DNA from: an uncultured delta proteobacterium
Lineage (GTDB): Bacteria > Desulfobacterota > Binatia > UBA9968
Length of the DNA: 64,000 bases
Direction of reading: 5' to 3'
NCBI GenBank assembly: GCA_963840855.1
Contig: CAWJBB010000084.1
Location: 13,020 to 77,019 of the forward strand
The notes below the pieces were generated by a model. That model searched no databases, had not been told where the DNA came from, and saw only the letters and a list, made by a program, of their open reading frames with translations. The position numbers and the translations under genes are program-made. Of the stretch, positions 11,141 to 20,877 are shown one piece after another (the stretch's first letter is position 1; every line of letters begins with the position of its first letter).

Positions 11141-12340
11141 TTAAATTACCTTTTCCGCCCGAAGTTTCGCGGTGTCCTCGGCGTCGTAGCCCAGTTCGCG
11201 CAAAATCGCTTCGCTGTCTTCGCCCAAACCGGGAATCCGATCGTAGCGGGCTTCGCTGGCCGACATTTTGAGCGCGTTGGCGATCACCGGAACTTCGCCG
11301 ACCGGCGATGCGGCCTCGCGAATAAGTTTTCGCGCCGCCACTTGCGGATGCGCCAGCACTTGAGCGATGCCGCGCACAATGCCGTAGGGCAATTCGGCAT
11401 TTTTGAGTCGTTCGAGCCAATGCATATGATCTTTTTCGAGAAATAGTTTTTCAATCGATTCTTCCAGCTCGCCGCGGTTTCTCCGCCGGCCTTCAACCGT
11501 CGCGAAGCGCGGGTCTTCGAGCAGCTCCGGCTTTTCAATCACTTTGCGACAAAACACTTCCCAGTCCGCGGCGCTTGCCACGGCGAGATTCACATACTGC
11601 CCGTCGCCCGCGAGATAGGGGCCGTAAGGCGTGACGTAGTGATGGCGCATGCCGACCCGCGCCGGTTCTTCGCCGGCATGCCAGAAGTGATGCGGAAAAT
11701 AGCCGAGCCACGAAACGATGGAGTCGAACATAGAGACGTCGATCAACTGCCCTGCACCGGTCTTTTCTCTCTGATAAAGCGCGAGCAGAATGCCGATGGC
11801 CGCGTACATTCCCGACGCGATATCGGCGATGGCGATGCCCGCCCGCGCGGGCTTGTCCGGATAACCGGTCGTAGCGATAATACCGCCCTCGCCTTGAATC
11901 AAGAGATCATACGCTTTCACGTCGCGATACGGTCCGTCCTGGCCGTAACCCGACAGCGAGCAATAGATCAGGCGCGGGTTGATCCCGCTAAGCGTTTCGT
12001 ACCCAATCCCCAATCGGCCGGCGACGCCTGGCGCATAATTTTCAAAAAAAATATCCGATCGCTTGGCTAGTTCCTGGATAATCTCCCGCCCCTTCGTCTG
12101 CTTGACATCTACGGTAAGACTGCGCTTGTTTCTATTGAGCCAAACGTAACCCGAAGACAGACCCTTGACGACGGAATCCCACGAGCGAATCACATCGCCC
12201 ACGCCCGGCCGCTCGACCTTGATCACTTCCGCGCCCATGTCCGCGAGCAAACATGTGGCAAACGGACCGGACAGCACCTGTTCAAAGGCGAGAATCTTGA
12301 CGCCGTCTAAAGCGCGACTTGGTTGTGAATTGGACGCCAC
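11141..12340 (-). CDS. Class III CoA-transferase (CaiB/BaiF family)
   Basis: LADMGAEVIKVERPG, LNRNKRSL, SLSGYGQDGPY, AYDLLIQ, IADIASG; GTG start after GAGG (upstream alternative at 12358). Confidence 0.92.
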   Translation of the reverse strand: MASNSQPSRALDGVKILAFEQVLSGPFATCLLADMGAEVIKVERPGVGDVIRSWDSVVKGLSSGYVWLNRNKRSLTVDVKQTKGREIIQELAKRSDIFFENYAPGVAGRLGIGYETLSGINPRLIYCSLSGYGQDGPYRDVKAYDLLIQGEGGIIATTGYPDKPARAGIAIADIASGMYAAIGILLALYQREKTGAGQLIDVSMFDSIVSWLGYFPHHFWHAGEEPARVGMRHHYVTPYGPYLAGDGQYVNLAVASAADWEVFCRKVIEKPELLEDPRFATVEGRRRNRGELEESIEKLFLEKDHMHWLERLKNAELPYGIVRGIAQVLAHPQVAARKLIREAASPVGEVPVIANALKMSASEARYDRIPGLGEDSEAILRELGYDAEDTAKLRAEKVI

Positions 12341-12359
12341 ATTTACCTCATGTTTCACG

Positions 12360-12425
12360 TTGAACCTTGAACTTTGAACCTTGAACAGCGCCGAGTCCGT
12401 TCAAAGTTCAAGGTTCAATGTTCAA
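12360..12425. repeat. Heptamer array (TTGAACY)x4 + 12-nt spacer + inverted (GTTCAAN)x4
   Basis: ttgaacc ttgaact ttgaacc ttgaac agcgccgagtcc gttcaaa gttcaag gttcaat gttcaa; near-perfect long inverted repeat between two co-oriented genes. Confidence 0.92.
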
Positions 12426-12432
12426 AGCATGT

Positions 12433-12939
12433 CTATTTACCTTCCTTAATCTCTGGAAACAGATCAGCCTTCGGCGCATGGGCTTTCTTCCAAACCATCA
12501 CACTGCGAGCGTAGTCTATGACGACTTTGCCGTCTTGCTGGATGCCACGGGTGCGAACTTTGACGATACCCCACTGCGGCTTGGATTTCGATTCGCGCTT
12601 GTCCAGGACTTCGGATTCCGAATAGAGCGTGTCCCCCGCGAAGAGCGGGTTGGGCAGCTTGATCTCATCCCAGCCGAGGGCGAAGCCGTTTTCGCTGACA
12701 TCGGCGACGCCCATGCCGGCGACGATAGCGAGGGTGAGCGCGCTGTTGATGAGACACTTGCCGAATTCCGTGCGCTTGCCGTACTCGTTGTTAAAATGAA
12801 TCTGGTTCGTGTTGTTAGTCAATAGTGTAAACCAGATATTATCCGCTTCCGTTACGGTCCGACCGAGGCGGCAACGGTATATATCCCCTACTTCAAAGTC
12901 CTCGAAAAAACGGCCTTCCCAGCCGGGCTTGACGGCCAT
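12433..12939 (-). CDS. MaoC-family (R)-hydratase, RipB/itaconyl-CoA hydratase-like
   Basis: GRFFEDFEVGD, GRTVTEADNIWFTLLT, IHFN, GDTLYSESEVLDKRESKS. Confidence 0.88.
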   Translation of the reverse strand: MAVKPGWEGRFFEDFEVGDIYRCRLGRTVTEADNIWFTLLTNNTNQIHFNNEYGKRTEFGKCLINSALTLAIVAGMGVADVSENGFALGWDEIKLPNPLFAGDTLYSESEVLDKRESKSKPQWGIVKVRTRGIQQDGKVVIDYARSVMVWKKAHAPKADLFPEIKEGK

Positions 12940-13005
12940 GACGTTCCTCCTCTATTGGCAATCCGCGGGTTGCGCTATAGTCTACGCCAATTATAGGAGG
13001 CGGTG

Positions 13006-14166
13006 ATGGATTTCAACCTAACCACCGAGCAGCAGCAGATTCGCGAAGAGATCAAAAGGGTCTGCAAAGAATTTGCAGACGCCTACTGGCGCGAAGTCGA
13101 CCGGAACAAAGCCTACCCGGAAGCCTTTGTAAAAAAACTATCAGAGCTGGGCTGGCTGGCGGCGTTGATTCCCGAGGAATATGGCGGCACGGGCCTCGGC
13201 ATCACCGAAGCGAGTATTATTCTCGAAGAGATCAACCATTCGGGCGGTGTCGCCACGGCCTGCCACGCCCAGATGTACACCATGGGCACGCTTTTGCGCC
13301 ATGGGAACGATGAGCAAAAAAAACGCTACCTGCCCAAGATCGCCACCGGCGAGTTGCGTCTGCAAGCCTTCGGCATAACCGAACCCGACGCCGGATCGGA
13401 ATCGACGCGCATCCAAACCACGGCCGCGCGCAAAGGCGATAAATACATCATCAACGGTCAGAAGATTTTCATTTCCCGGGTTTTGCAGTCCGATCTGATG
13501 CTCCTGCTCGCGCGCACGACGCCGTATGACGAGTTGCAGGATAAAACCCGCGGCCTTTCGGCGTTCATCGTCGACTTGAAGGAAAATAAAGGAAAACTTG
13601 AAGTTAAGCCGCTGGACCTTATGATCAACCACCACACCAACGCGCTGTTCTTCGACAACGTTGAAGTGCCGGTGGAAAATATCATCGGCGCGGAAGGCAT
13701 GGGCTTTCGTTACATCATCGACGGTTGGAACGCGGAGAGAATTCTCGTCGCCGCCGAGGCCGTCGGCGATGGCCGGTGGTTTATCGAACGGGCCGCCAAG
13801 TATGCCAGCGAGCGCAACGTCTTCGGCAAACCTATCGGCTCCAACCAGGGCGTTCAATTCCCCATCGCCAAGGCCTACGCCAATATCGAGGCCGCCGATC
13901 TGGTGCGCTACCAGGCAGCGACCAAATTCGACCGCCAAGAAAAATGTGGCGCCGAAGCGAATTTGGCGAAGTACCTCGCCTCAGAAGCGGCCTGGGAAGC
14001 CGCGAACGCTTGCCTTACCACCCACGGTGGTTACGGTTTCGCTGTGGAATATGATGTGGAGAGAAAATTCCGCGAGACACGCCTACTGACCGTTGCGCCC
14101 GTAAGCAACAACTTAGTTTTGGCTTATCTTGGGCAGCATGTATTGGGAATGCCGAAATCCTACTAA
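13006..14166 (+). CDS. Acyl-CoA dehydrogenase
   Basis: IPEEYGGTG, AFGITEPDAGS, INGQKIFIS, FGKPIGSNQGVQFP, HGGYGF. Confidence 0.93.
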   Translation: MDFNLTTEQQQIREEIKRVCKEFADAYWREVDRNKAYPEAFVKKLSELGWLAALIPEEYGGTGLGITEASIILEEINHSGGVATACHAQMYTMGTLLRHGNDEQKKRYLPKIATGELRLQAFGITEPDAGSESTRIQTTAARKGDKYIINGQKIFISRVLQSDLMLLLARTTPYDELQDKTRGLSAFIVDLKENKGKLEVKPLDLMINHHTNALFFDNVEVPVENIIGAEGMGFRYIIDGWNAERILVAAEAVGDGRWFIERAAKYASERNVFGKPIGSNQGVQFPIAKAYANIEAADLVRYQAATKFDRQEKCGAEANLAKYLASEAAWEAANACLTTHGGYGFAVEYDVERKFRETRLLTVAPVSNNLVLAYLGQHVLGMPKSY

Positions 14167-14269
14167 TCACAGTTTCGAGAGCCGTAAAGAGCCTGGATGC
14201 CAGAATCCGGAAAGGCTTACGCCTCAAGCGCCAATCGCGCGAACATTCCGTCTAGGGTCTTGATTTAAC

Positions 14270-14335
14270 TCGAGACTCGGGGACGCTGGACGCTGGACCC
14301 TCGACCCTAGATCCCGGTCGCTAAACCCGGGTCCC
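14270..14335. repeat. Degenerate heptamer tandem repeat (GGACGCT/GACCCTN)
   Basis: ggacgct ggacgct ggaccct cgaccct agatccc between convergent genes. Confidence 0.55.
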
Positions 14336-15514
14336 TTAGTTCTGCTTTAGCCTCCTCACGACCAACACCGCTAACAAAAATAGCGCCGTCGAACCCAGCG
14401 AGCCGACGACGAAGACGCTGGCGATTCCAGTGGCGTGAGCGATGAAGCCGCCGATGGCTGGTCCCAAAATATTGCCGAGATCGCCGGCGGCGTTGTAGAC
14501 ACCCGAGGCCAGCCCGCGCCGCACCCGGCTTTCGGGAACGTCCTCTACCAGGCCGACTGCGTTGGCCACGACCACGATGGCCCGCATAAATCCCGATGCC
14601 ACGTATACAACCAGAATTGGACCAAAAGCGGTAAAAAGCGGCACGAGCATCAGAATCAACGACTGGAGTGGAAGCCCGAAGTAAGACAAGCCGCGGTGGC
14701 CGATCTTGTTGACGACATGGCCGCTGATAGGGCGAGTAACGGCATTACCGCCAGCATAGGCGGCGCGAATCACGCCGATCTGGGTCAAGCTCATCCCCAC
14801 TGCTAGGCCGTACAAAGAGATAAAAACTCCACCCATCTGATGCAGCAGATTGAGAAACAAGGCGACGATGACTACCGTGCAAAGCTTGGGCTCCAGTAAA
14901 ACTTTAAGTGATTCTTTAGATGTGAGTATGGCTTTGTCTCGCTCCTTTGACTTGCCCTTCCCTGTTCCAACCCGCCCATGGAAAAACCACAGCAGAGCAA
15001 CCGCCACCAGCGAGAGCAGCGCTGCTAATTGAAATGTCGTGCCAAAGTCCCAATGATCGGCAATCAGCCCGCCAAAAAAATTTCCCGTCGAATAACCCAG
15101 CGCTAGGCTGCCGACATAATATCCCATGGCATGATTGCGGTTTTCATCCGGCGCCAGCGAGTCCACGTAAAAAGCCATGTAGAGAGTCGTCACCGCGCCG
15201 TAAGAAAAGCCGTTTAAGCTATGAACGAGCGCAAATGTCAAACCATCGGTCGCGAAGCTGTAGAGAAAATTGGTGCAGCCCATCGCCAACACCGCCAGCG
15301 ATACCAGGACGCGGGCGCGCGCTTGGTTATAGGCCATGCCCATAGGCAGCCGCGACATGAGCGCCAGCACTGGGCCGAGGGAAATGAGCGTGCCGATGGC
15401 AGCCACGGGAATACGCATGTGATCGAGATACGGCGGAATGATAGTCGAGGCGGAATTGCTCTGGATCGTAACGGCAACGATGGGCACTAGAAGTTTCAGC
15501 GTGCTTAATTTCAT
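14336..15514 (-). CDS. MFS transporter
   Basis: Start re-called at MKLSTLKLLVP; about 12 hydrophobic segments; GGLIADHW and GPAIGGFIA. Confidence 0.88.
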   Translation of the reverse strand: MKLSTLKLLVPIVAVTIQSNSASTIIPPYLDHMRIPVAAIGTLISLGPVLALMSRLPMGMAYNQARARVLVSLAVLAMGCTNFLYSFATDGLTFALVHSLNGFSYGAVTTLYMAFYVDSLAPDENRNHAMGYYVGSLALGYSTGNFFGGLIADHWDFGTTFQLAALLSLVAVALLWFFHGRVGTGKGKSKERDKAILTSKESLKVLLEPKLCTVVIVALFLNLLHQMGGVFISLYGLAVGMSLTQIGVIRAAYAGGNAVTRPISGHVVNKIGHRGLSYFGLPLQSLILMLVPLFTAFGPILVVYVASGFMRAIVVVANAVGLVEDVPESRVRRGLASGVYNAAGDLGNILGPAIGGFIAHATGIASVFVVGSLGSTALFLLAVLVVRRLKQN

Positions 15515-15626
15515 ATCTGTTGAGTTATTCTCCAAAATTCGCGACAGCGCAAATCCGCTCACAGCGCAAGCCCGGATAGACATTTCCTCGACCTTCAGGT
15601 AATGAGACTCGGGAGGAGAATATCGA

Positions 15627-16511
15627 ATGGAATTACTCCGCTCATGGATGTTCGTGCCGGGCCACCGCCAACGAATGATCGACAAAGCGCTGGGGCTCAA
15701 CGCCGACGCCATCATGCTAGACATCGAAGACGGCGTGGCGCCCAACGAGAAAGATCAGGCGCGGAAAAACATCGGCGAATCCCTTGGTCGCAAAAAAACG
15801 CCCGGCTCCTCTGCTCGCTACGTGCGCATCAACGCCATCGGCCACCCGCGGATGGACGCTGACCTGGATGCCGTTGTCCGGCCTGGGTTGGAAGGTTTGG
15901 TGTTACCAAAAGTCGACACCGTGGCCGAAGCGCGCAAAGTCGATGCGATCCTCACCGATCGTGAATCCAAACGGAGGATGCCCTCCGGCGGTATCAAACT
16001 CCTCATTGCCATCGAGAGCCCCAAGGGACTGCTCAATGCGCCAGCCATCGCAGCAAGTTCCTCCCGCGTCACCGGTTTGATGTTTGGCGCAGAGGATTTT
16101 GGCCGCGAGATCGGACTTCCGGCGGTACGCGAAGGCGAAGCCCGCGATCTGATTTTCGCGCGCTCAGCAATGGTCATCGCCGCGGCGTCAGCTCATGTTC
16201 AAGCCATCGACGGCGTCTGGGTCGATTTAAACGACGGCCCCGGACTTCTGGGTTTTGCCAAGCAGTCGCGCCGGCTCGGCTTCTCCGGTATGTCGTGTAT
16301 TCATCCATCGCAAGTCGATGCCATCAATACGACCTTCAGCCCGACGGCGGAAGAAATCGATTACTGCCAAAAAGTTTTGCAAGCCTTTGAAGAAGCCAAT
16401 GCTCGGGGCGACGGCTCGATAGCCTTCGGCGGCCAGCTGATCGACCGGCCCATCGTCGAGCGCGCCCGGCGCACTATCGACATGGCCAAGTCCCTCGGAC
16501 TTTTAAAATAA
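15627..16511 (+). CDS. CitE/HpcH-family CoA-ester lyase (citramalyl-CoA/malyl-CoA lyase-like)
   Basis: LRSWMFVPG, MLDIEDGV, YVRIN, LPKV, IESPKG, FGAEDF, CIHPSQ, LIDRP. Confidence 0.9.
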   Translation: MELLRSWMFVPGHRQRMIDKALGLNADAIMLDIEDGVAPNEKDQARKNIGESLGRKKTPGSSARYVRINAIGHPRMDADLDAVVRPGLEGLVLPKVDTVAEARKVDAILTDRESKRRMPSGGIKLLIAIESPKGLLNAPAIAASSSRVTGLMFGAEDFGREIGLPAVREGEARDLIFARSAMVIAAASAHVQAIDGVWVDLNDGPGLLGFAKQSRRLGFSGMSCIHPSQVDAINTTFSPTAEEIDYCQKVLQAFEEANARGDGSIAFGGQLIDRPIVERARRTIDMAKSLGLLK

Positions 16512-16544
16512 GTTTTCCCCGTCAATATTATCAGGAAACGACAG

Positions 16545-17477
16545 ATGAAAACCGGATTACTGCCAATACTCGCGCTGATTTGGTTATTGAGCACTGGAGC
16601 CGCGGCTCCCGTTCGGATGACGCCGGTCAAAGTTACCGACGGCGTTTACATGTTCGAGCACTCGCAAGGCTCAGGCAACTCCACAGTCGTTATCACCAAC
16701 GATGGCGTGGTGGTGTTGGACTTCCATATCGACAACGCCGACCAGACCCTTGCCGGCATTCGCAAGCTCACGGACAAGAAAGTCAAGTATTTGATAACTT
16801 CACACAGCGCCGGCGACCACGCTTCCGGCTCCTGGCATTTCCGCGAGGACAATCCGGTTTGGATTGCCACCAAGAATCAAACGCACGACCTGCAAATGCA
16901 GGAGCTAAAGGGATTCAACGAGCGAAAAAACTCCAGCGACCCGCGGTACGCGGCCTACAAGAAAGCCGAGCAGGGCCAGCCGGATCTTGCCTTTGACGGC
17001 GCGATGACGCTCTACTTCGGCGGGCTGACGTTTGTAATCACTGCCGAAGGCCGCGGCCACAGCACCGGCGATCTGACGGTATATATTCCCCAGAAGCGCG
17101 TCATGCTCATGGGCGATCTTTTGGACACGGAAATCCATCCGGGCCAGGGCGAATCCGGCGAGATTTTTTATTCCAACGTGCAGGGTTGGATCAATATCCT
17201 CGACAACATCATGCGGCGCAATTTGGCAGTGGAGACCTATATTCCCGGTCATGGCCCTGTGCATATCGGACGCGGCGTCAAAGACCTCGAAGAACAAAAG
17301 CGCTACTTTGTCGTCATGAGAGACGAAATCGCCAAGATGGTCCAGGCCGGCAAGACCCTCGAACAGGTCGAAAAGGAATTTAAGATTCCGCAGGAATTCG
17401 CCCACTATAAGCGGCCGGAAAGACTCCGGCAGTTTTACAAGCTCTTCTACCATCAACTGGCTGAAACCGGCTATTAG
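16545..17477 (+). CDS. Secreted metallo-beta-lactamase-fold protein
   Basis: Signal peptide; TSHSAGDHASG, GHSTGD, MGDLL, IPGHG. Confidence 0.8.
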   Translation: MKTGLLPILALIWLLSTGAAAPVRMTPVKVTDGVYMFEHSQGSGNSTVVITNDGVVVLDFHIDNADQTLAGIRKLTDKKVKYLITSHSAGDHASGSWHFREDNPVWIATKNQTHDLQMQELKGFNERKNSSDPRYAAYKKAEQGQPDLAFDGAMTLYFGGLTFVITAEGRGHSTGDLTVYIPQKRVMLMGDLLDTEIHPGQGESGEIFYSNVQGWINILDNIMRRNLAVETYIPGHGPVHIGRGVKDLEEQKRYFVVMRDEIAKMVQAGKTLEQVEKEFKIPQEFAHYKRPERLRQFYKLFYHQLAETGY

Positions 17478-17507
17478 CCGTTCAATGGGATATCGAGGAG
17501 AAACATA

Positions 17508-18555
17508 ATGAAAGTTTTGTTTAGCGCGGTTCTTATCGCACTCGGCGTGGCGTCCAGCGGCTGGGCACAAAGCAAGATGTCACTCGCGCAACTGGCAGCC
17601 TATAACAAGCCGGACCGCGAAAAGGTCCTGTACGGCGGCGCGAAAGCCGAAGGCAAAATCATGTGGTACACTTCGCTGGCCGGCGGCTCTTACAAGGAGT
17701 TGGCCAACGCCTTCGAGGCGCGATATCCCGGCGTCAAAGTGGAAGCCTATCGCGGCACGCGCCAAGAGCTCGGCGCGAGAATCATGGCGGAAACCCAGGC
17801 CAACCGGCCGATCGTCGATACCATCGAGACCACCCTGCCGCTATTGAAACTCCTGCGCGACAACAAGCTGCTCGTGCCTTACTATTTTCCGACGCAGGCT
17901 AAGTACCCAGAGCATGTGAAAGAAAAAGGGCCGAAGGGCCTTTACTTCTGGGCCATCGACCGCGAGTCCCATATCGGTCTCGCGTACAACAAAAACTCCA
18001 TTCCCGAGCCACCTAGCGCCGAAGAACTACGACGGCCTGCTGCGGCCCGAACTCAAGGACAAGATCGGTTTTGCCGGCAGCGACACCGGCGTAACGGTTG
18101 TCGGCGCAATGATCAAAGTGAGGGGTGAAGAGTACTTAAAAAAACTACGGGGTCAGAATCCGGTGGTGCACAACGTTTCCGGTCGGGCGCTTCTCGATCT
18201 TGTGATTTCCGGAGAGATCGGCGTGTCGCCCACCACTTTCCGCAATCACGTGGAAGTGTCTCTCAAAGCCAACGCGCCCATCGAATGGATACCGATGGAT
18301 GTCGTTCCCTCCAACTCTGGCTCTACGGCGGTTTCAGCGCAAGCGCCTCACCCGCATGCCGCATTGCTCCTGGCGGACTTCATCCTTGGCGAAGGCGGGC
18401 AAAAAGTCCTGGCGGAATATGAATACGGCAGCCCGCTGAAAGAATACGGTTTCAAGCGCTGGTATCCGGAGCAAGGCTTGACCACCGATCAATACGAAAA
18501 GCTCGATGCGCGGTGGAATAAGGAACTGCGTGCGCTAACCCGAAAATCATCTTAA
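17508..18555 (+). pseudogene. ABC-type extracellular solute-binding protein (Fe3+/thiamine-like), frameshifted near 18005
   Basis: Removing one C in ATTCCCGAG restores ...IPSHLAPKNYDGLLRPELKDKIG..., joining ORFs 17508-18128 and 18109-18555 (APHPHAALL motif). May be a sequencing error. Confidence 0.8.
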
Positions 18556-18735
18556 AGCTATCCTTTAAGTTCTGCGCGCCGGCGGTTTCTCGACAAACCT
18601 AAGGGTAAAAGGTCGCGGCCGGTTTCTTTTTTCCGTCAAATCTTTCCGCTGCAATCATGGCTGATCGCAAGGTAGATTTTCCCGTCTCCTTCAAGTAATC
18701 AGGGTCTATAATCAGACGAAGTTCGGGAGGATTCT

Positions 18736-20205
18736 ATGCAGACGGGTTCCTATGTAAACGGCAATTGGTTTCATCCTAAATCCCCGCGGCTCGTGCGCAA
18801 CGTCAATCCCGCTGATCCCGACGATGTACTCGCCGAATTTCCCGCCGCGACGGCCGCGGACGTTGAAACCGCCATCGATGCGGCGCAGGCCGCTTCTCGA
18901 GGCTGGAAGAATACCCCTGGCCCGGAGCGGGGCCGCGTGCTGTGGCGCGCGGCCGATATCGCGCGACAACGGGCAGACGAAATCGCCCGCACGCTCACAC
19001 GCGAAGAAGGCAAAGTGCTCAAAGAAGCCAAAGGGGAAGTGATGAAAGGCATCTCGCTGCTCGAATTCTATGCCGGCGAGGGTTTTCGCATGCATGGAAA
19101 GACGTTGCCATCGGAAGCGCGCGACACCTTTACCTACACGATCCGCCGGCCGCTTGGCGTGGTCGGGCTCATTGCGCCGTGGAATTTTCCCTGGGCGATC
19201 CCGGTCTGGAAAAGCGCGCCAGCGCTCGCCGCGGGCAATTGCGTTATCTTCAAGCCCGCCGAACTCACCCCAGCGACTGCGACACTGCTCACGGAGATTT
19301 ACGCAGCAGCCGGGCTGCCACCGGGCGTGTTCAATATGATCGTCGGCTCCGGCTCGGTGGTCGGCGAAGCGATGGTTCACTCGCCCGTGCTCCGGGCGAT
19401 ATCGTTTACAGGCTCCAACGAGATTGGCGGCGCGCTCTACGGTAAAGCGGCCCAGCGTGGAGCGAAGGTCACCTGCGAAATGGGCGGCAAGAACGCGGTT
19501 ATCGTGATGGCTGACGCCGATCTCGATAAAGCCGCCATCGCCATCCACGGCGGCGCTTTTGGCTCAACCGGCCAGCGCTGCACGGCAACGTCGCGTGTGA
19601 TCGCGAATCCGGCGATCAAAGACGCGCTGCTGGAGCGCCTGGTGGAAGGCGCAAAGAAAATCAAAATTGGTCCGGGTCTGGACGAAACCGTGGACATGGG
19701 ACCGGCGGTGGACGAGAAACAATGGAGGACCGACTTCGACTATATCAACATCGGGCAACAGGAGGGCGCCCGTTTAGTCCTAGGCGGGAAGAAACCGGAG
19801 CAACTCGGCAAAGGCTACTTCGTTGAGCCGACGATCTTCGACAATGTCGCGCCGGGCATGCGTGTTTTCAAGGAAGAAATCTTCGGCCCCGTGCTCGCCG
19901 TAACAACGGCGAAGACTCTCGATGAGGCCCTCGCCTTCGCCAACGGCGTCGAGTACGGCCTGACCACATCGATCTTCACGGAGAACATAGACACGATCAT
20001 GAACTTCGTCGAAGAAGTCGAAACCGGCATGGTGCACGTCAACGAGCCGACCATAGGCGGCGAAGCGCAGCTTCCATTCGGCGGCACCAAGGCCACCGGC
20101 GTCGGCGAGCGCGAGATGGCCGAGGAAGGTTTGAATTTTTTTACCGAGTTAAAAACCGTGTTCATCAACTACTCCGGCAAGGCCGAGCGATTGATGATAC
20201 GATAA
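18736..20205 (+). CDS. Aldehyde dehydrogenase (2,5-dioxopentanoate dehydrogenase-like subfamily)
   Basis: PWNFP, FKPAE, FTGS, EMGGKN, GQRCTA, EEIFGPV, PFGG. Confidence 0.92.
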   Translation: MQTGSYVNGNWFHPKSPRLVRNVNPADPDDVLAEFPAATAADVETAIDAAQAASRGWKNTPGPERGRVLWRAADIARQRADEIARTLTREEGKVLKEAKGEVMKGISLLEFYAGEGFRMHGKTLPSEARDTFTYTIRRPLGVVGLIAPWNFPWAIPVWKSAPALAAGNCVIFKPAELTPATATLLTEIYAAAGLPPGVFNMIVGSGSVVGEAMVHSPVLRAISFTGSNEIGGALYGKAAQRGAKVTCEMGGKNAVIVMADADLDKAAIAIHGGAFGSTGQRCTATSRVIANPAIKDALLERLVEGAKKIKIGPGLDETVDMGPAVDEKQWRTDFDYINIGQQEGARLVLGGKKPEQLGKGYFVEPTIFDNVAPGMRVFKEEIFGPVLAVTTAKTLDEALAFANGVEYGLTTSIFTENIDTIMNFVEEVETGMVHVNEPTIGGEAQLPFGGTKATGVGEREMAEEGLNFFTELKTVFINYSGKAERLMIR

Positions 20206-20254
20206 ACAGAAAAGGCGCATAGCCGAGAAACCATGCACCTCAAATCTGTGAAGC

Positions 20255-20278
20255 GGGCGCAGCACGCTGCGCCCCTAC
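20255..20278 (-). repeat. GTAG-type REP-like palindrome
   Basis: Minus strand GTAG-GGGCGCAGC-GT-GCTGCGCCC between convergent genes. Confidence 0.7.
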
Positions 20279-20305
20279 TCACGCCTGTCGCCTAACGCCT
20301 CGTGC

Positions 20306-20692
20306 CTATTCCTTGTCGAGCGGCGCCGCACCCTGCCAGTGGCCAACGTCGACGACGATATCCTCGGGGCCGACGAATTTGTCTTCATAATAGGCCGTGC
20401 CCAAATTTATTGCCCCAGCTTTCTTGGCGCCGGCGGCTTCCAACATACGGAAGGTCTCCTGATCATTCTCGGCCGTAAAGCCAATATGGTCGATGCCCGG
20501 CTGTTTCGTCGGCGCGCCATCCGCCGTGCCGGCTCGTAACGGCAGGACAGTTATGTTGACCGAGCCATCGCTCAGGTCAATGGCATTATTCTTGCGCTTC
20601 TGGACCATCTTCATACCCATGGCATCGACGAAAAACTTGGCCATAGCATCGACGTCCGCCGCCCGATATGCGATATGCCTTATCTTAGCCAT
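20306..20692 (-). CDS. VOC/glyoxalase family protein
   Basis: KIRHIA, LSDGSVNI, GIDHIGF, GPEDIVVDV. Confidence 0.85.
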   Translation of the reverse strand: MAKIRHIAYRAADVDAMAKFFVDAMGMKMVQKRKNNAIDLSDGSVNITVLPLRAGTADGAPTKQPGIDHIGFTAENDQETFRMLEAAGAKKAGAINLGTAYYEDKFVGPEDIVVDVGHWQGAAPLDKE

Positions 20693-20748
20693 AACTTTTT
20701 CTCCTTGTTTACCACAGTCGTCTTTAAAAAGTTTTTCCTATCCTCGTC

Positions 20749-20877
20749 GCCAGCCTGATCAAAAAGGCCCAGATGCGAGGCGCGCGATGGATCGACGAGC
20801 GCAGGCGTACTCCCACAGTACGTCGAAGCGAGGCGACCGAGCGCAACGAAGCAGGTGGTCTTTTTCATCGGGCTGGC
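20749..20877. mobile_element. ~129-bp MITE-like element with 21-bp imperfect terminal inverted repeats
   Basis: Left GCCAGCCTGATCAAAAAGGCC versus reverse complement of the right end GCCAGCCCGATGAAAAAGACC (3 mismatches); no coding capacity; structured interior. Confidence 0.65.

Noticed and set aside
12360-12425. GTTC/GAAC units as LexA boxes (GAAC-N4-GTTC or GTTC-N7-GTTC)
   Set aside because: The 7- and 9-nt periodicity does not fit those spacings, and most arrays flank non-SOS genes.
18570-18630. Possible c-di-GMP-I riboswitch (CCTAAGGG...GCCGG)
   Set aside because: The GGCAAA/GAAA/GACGCAAA core of the first stem is missing.
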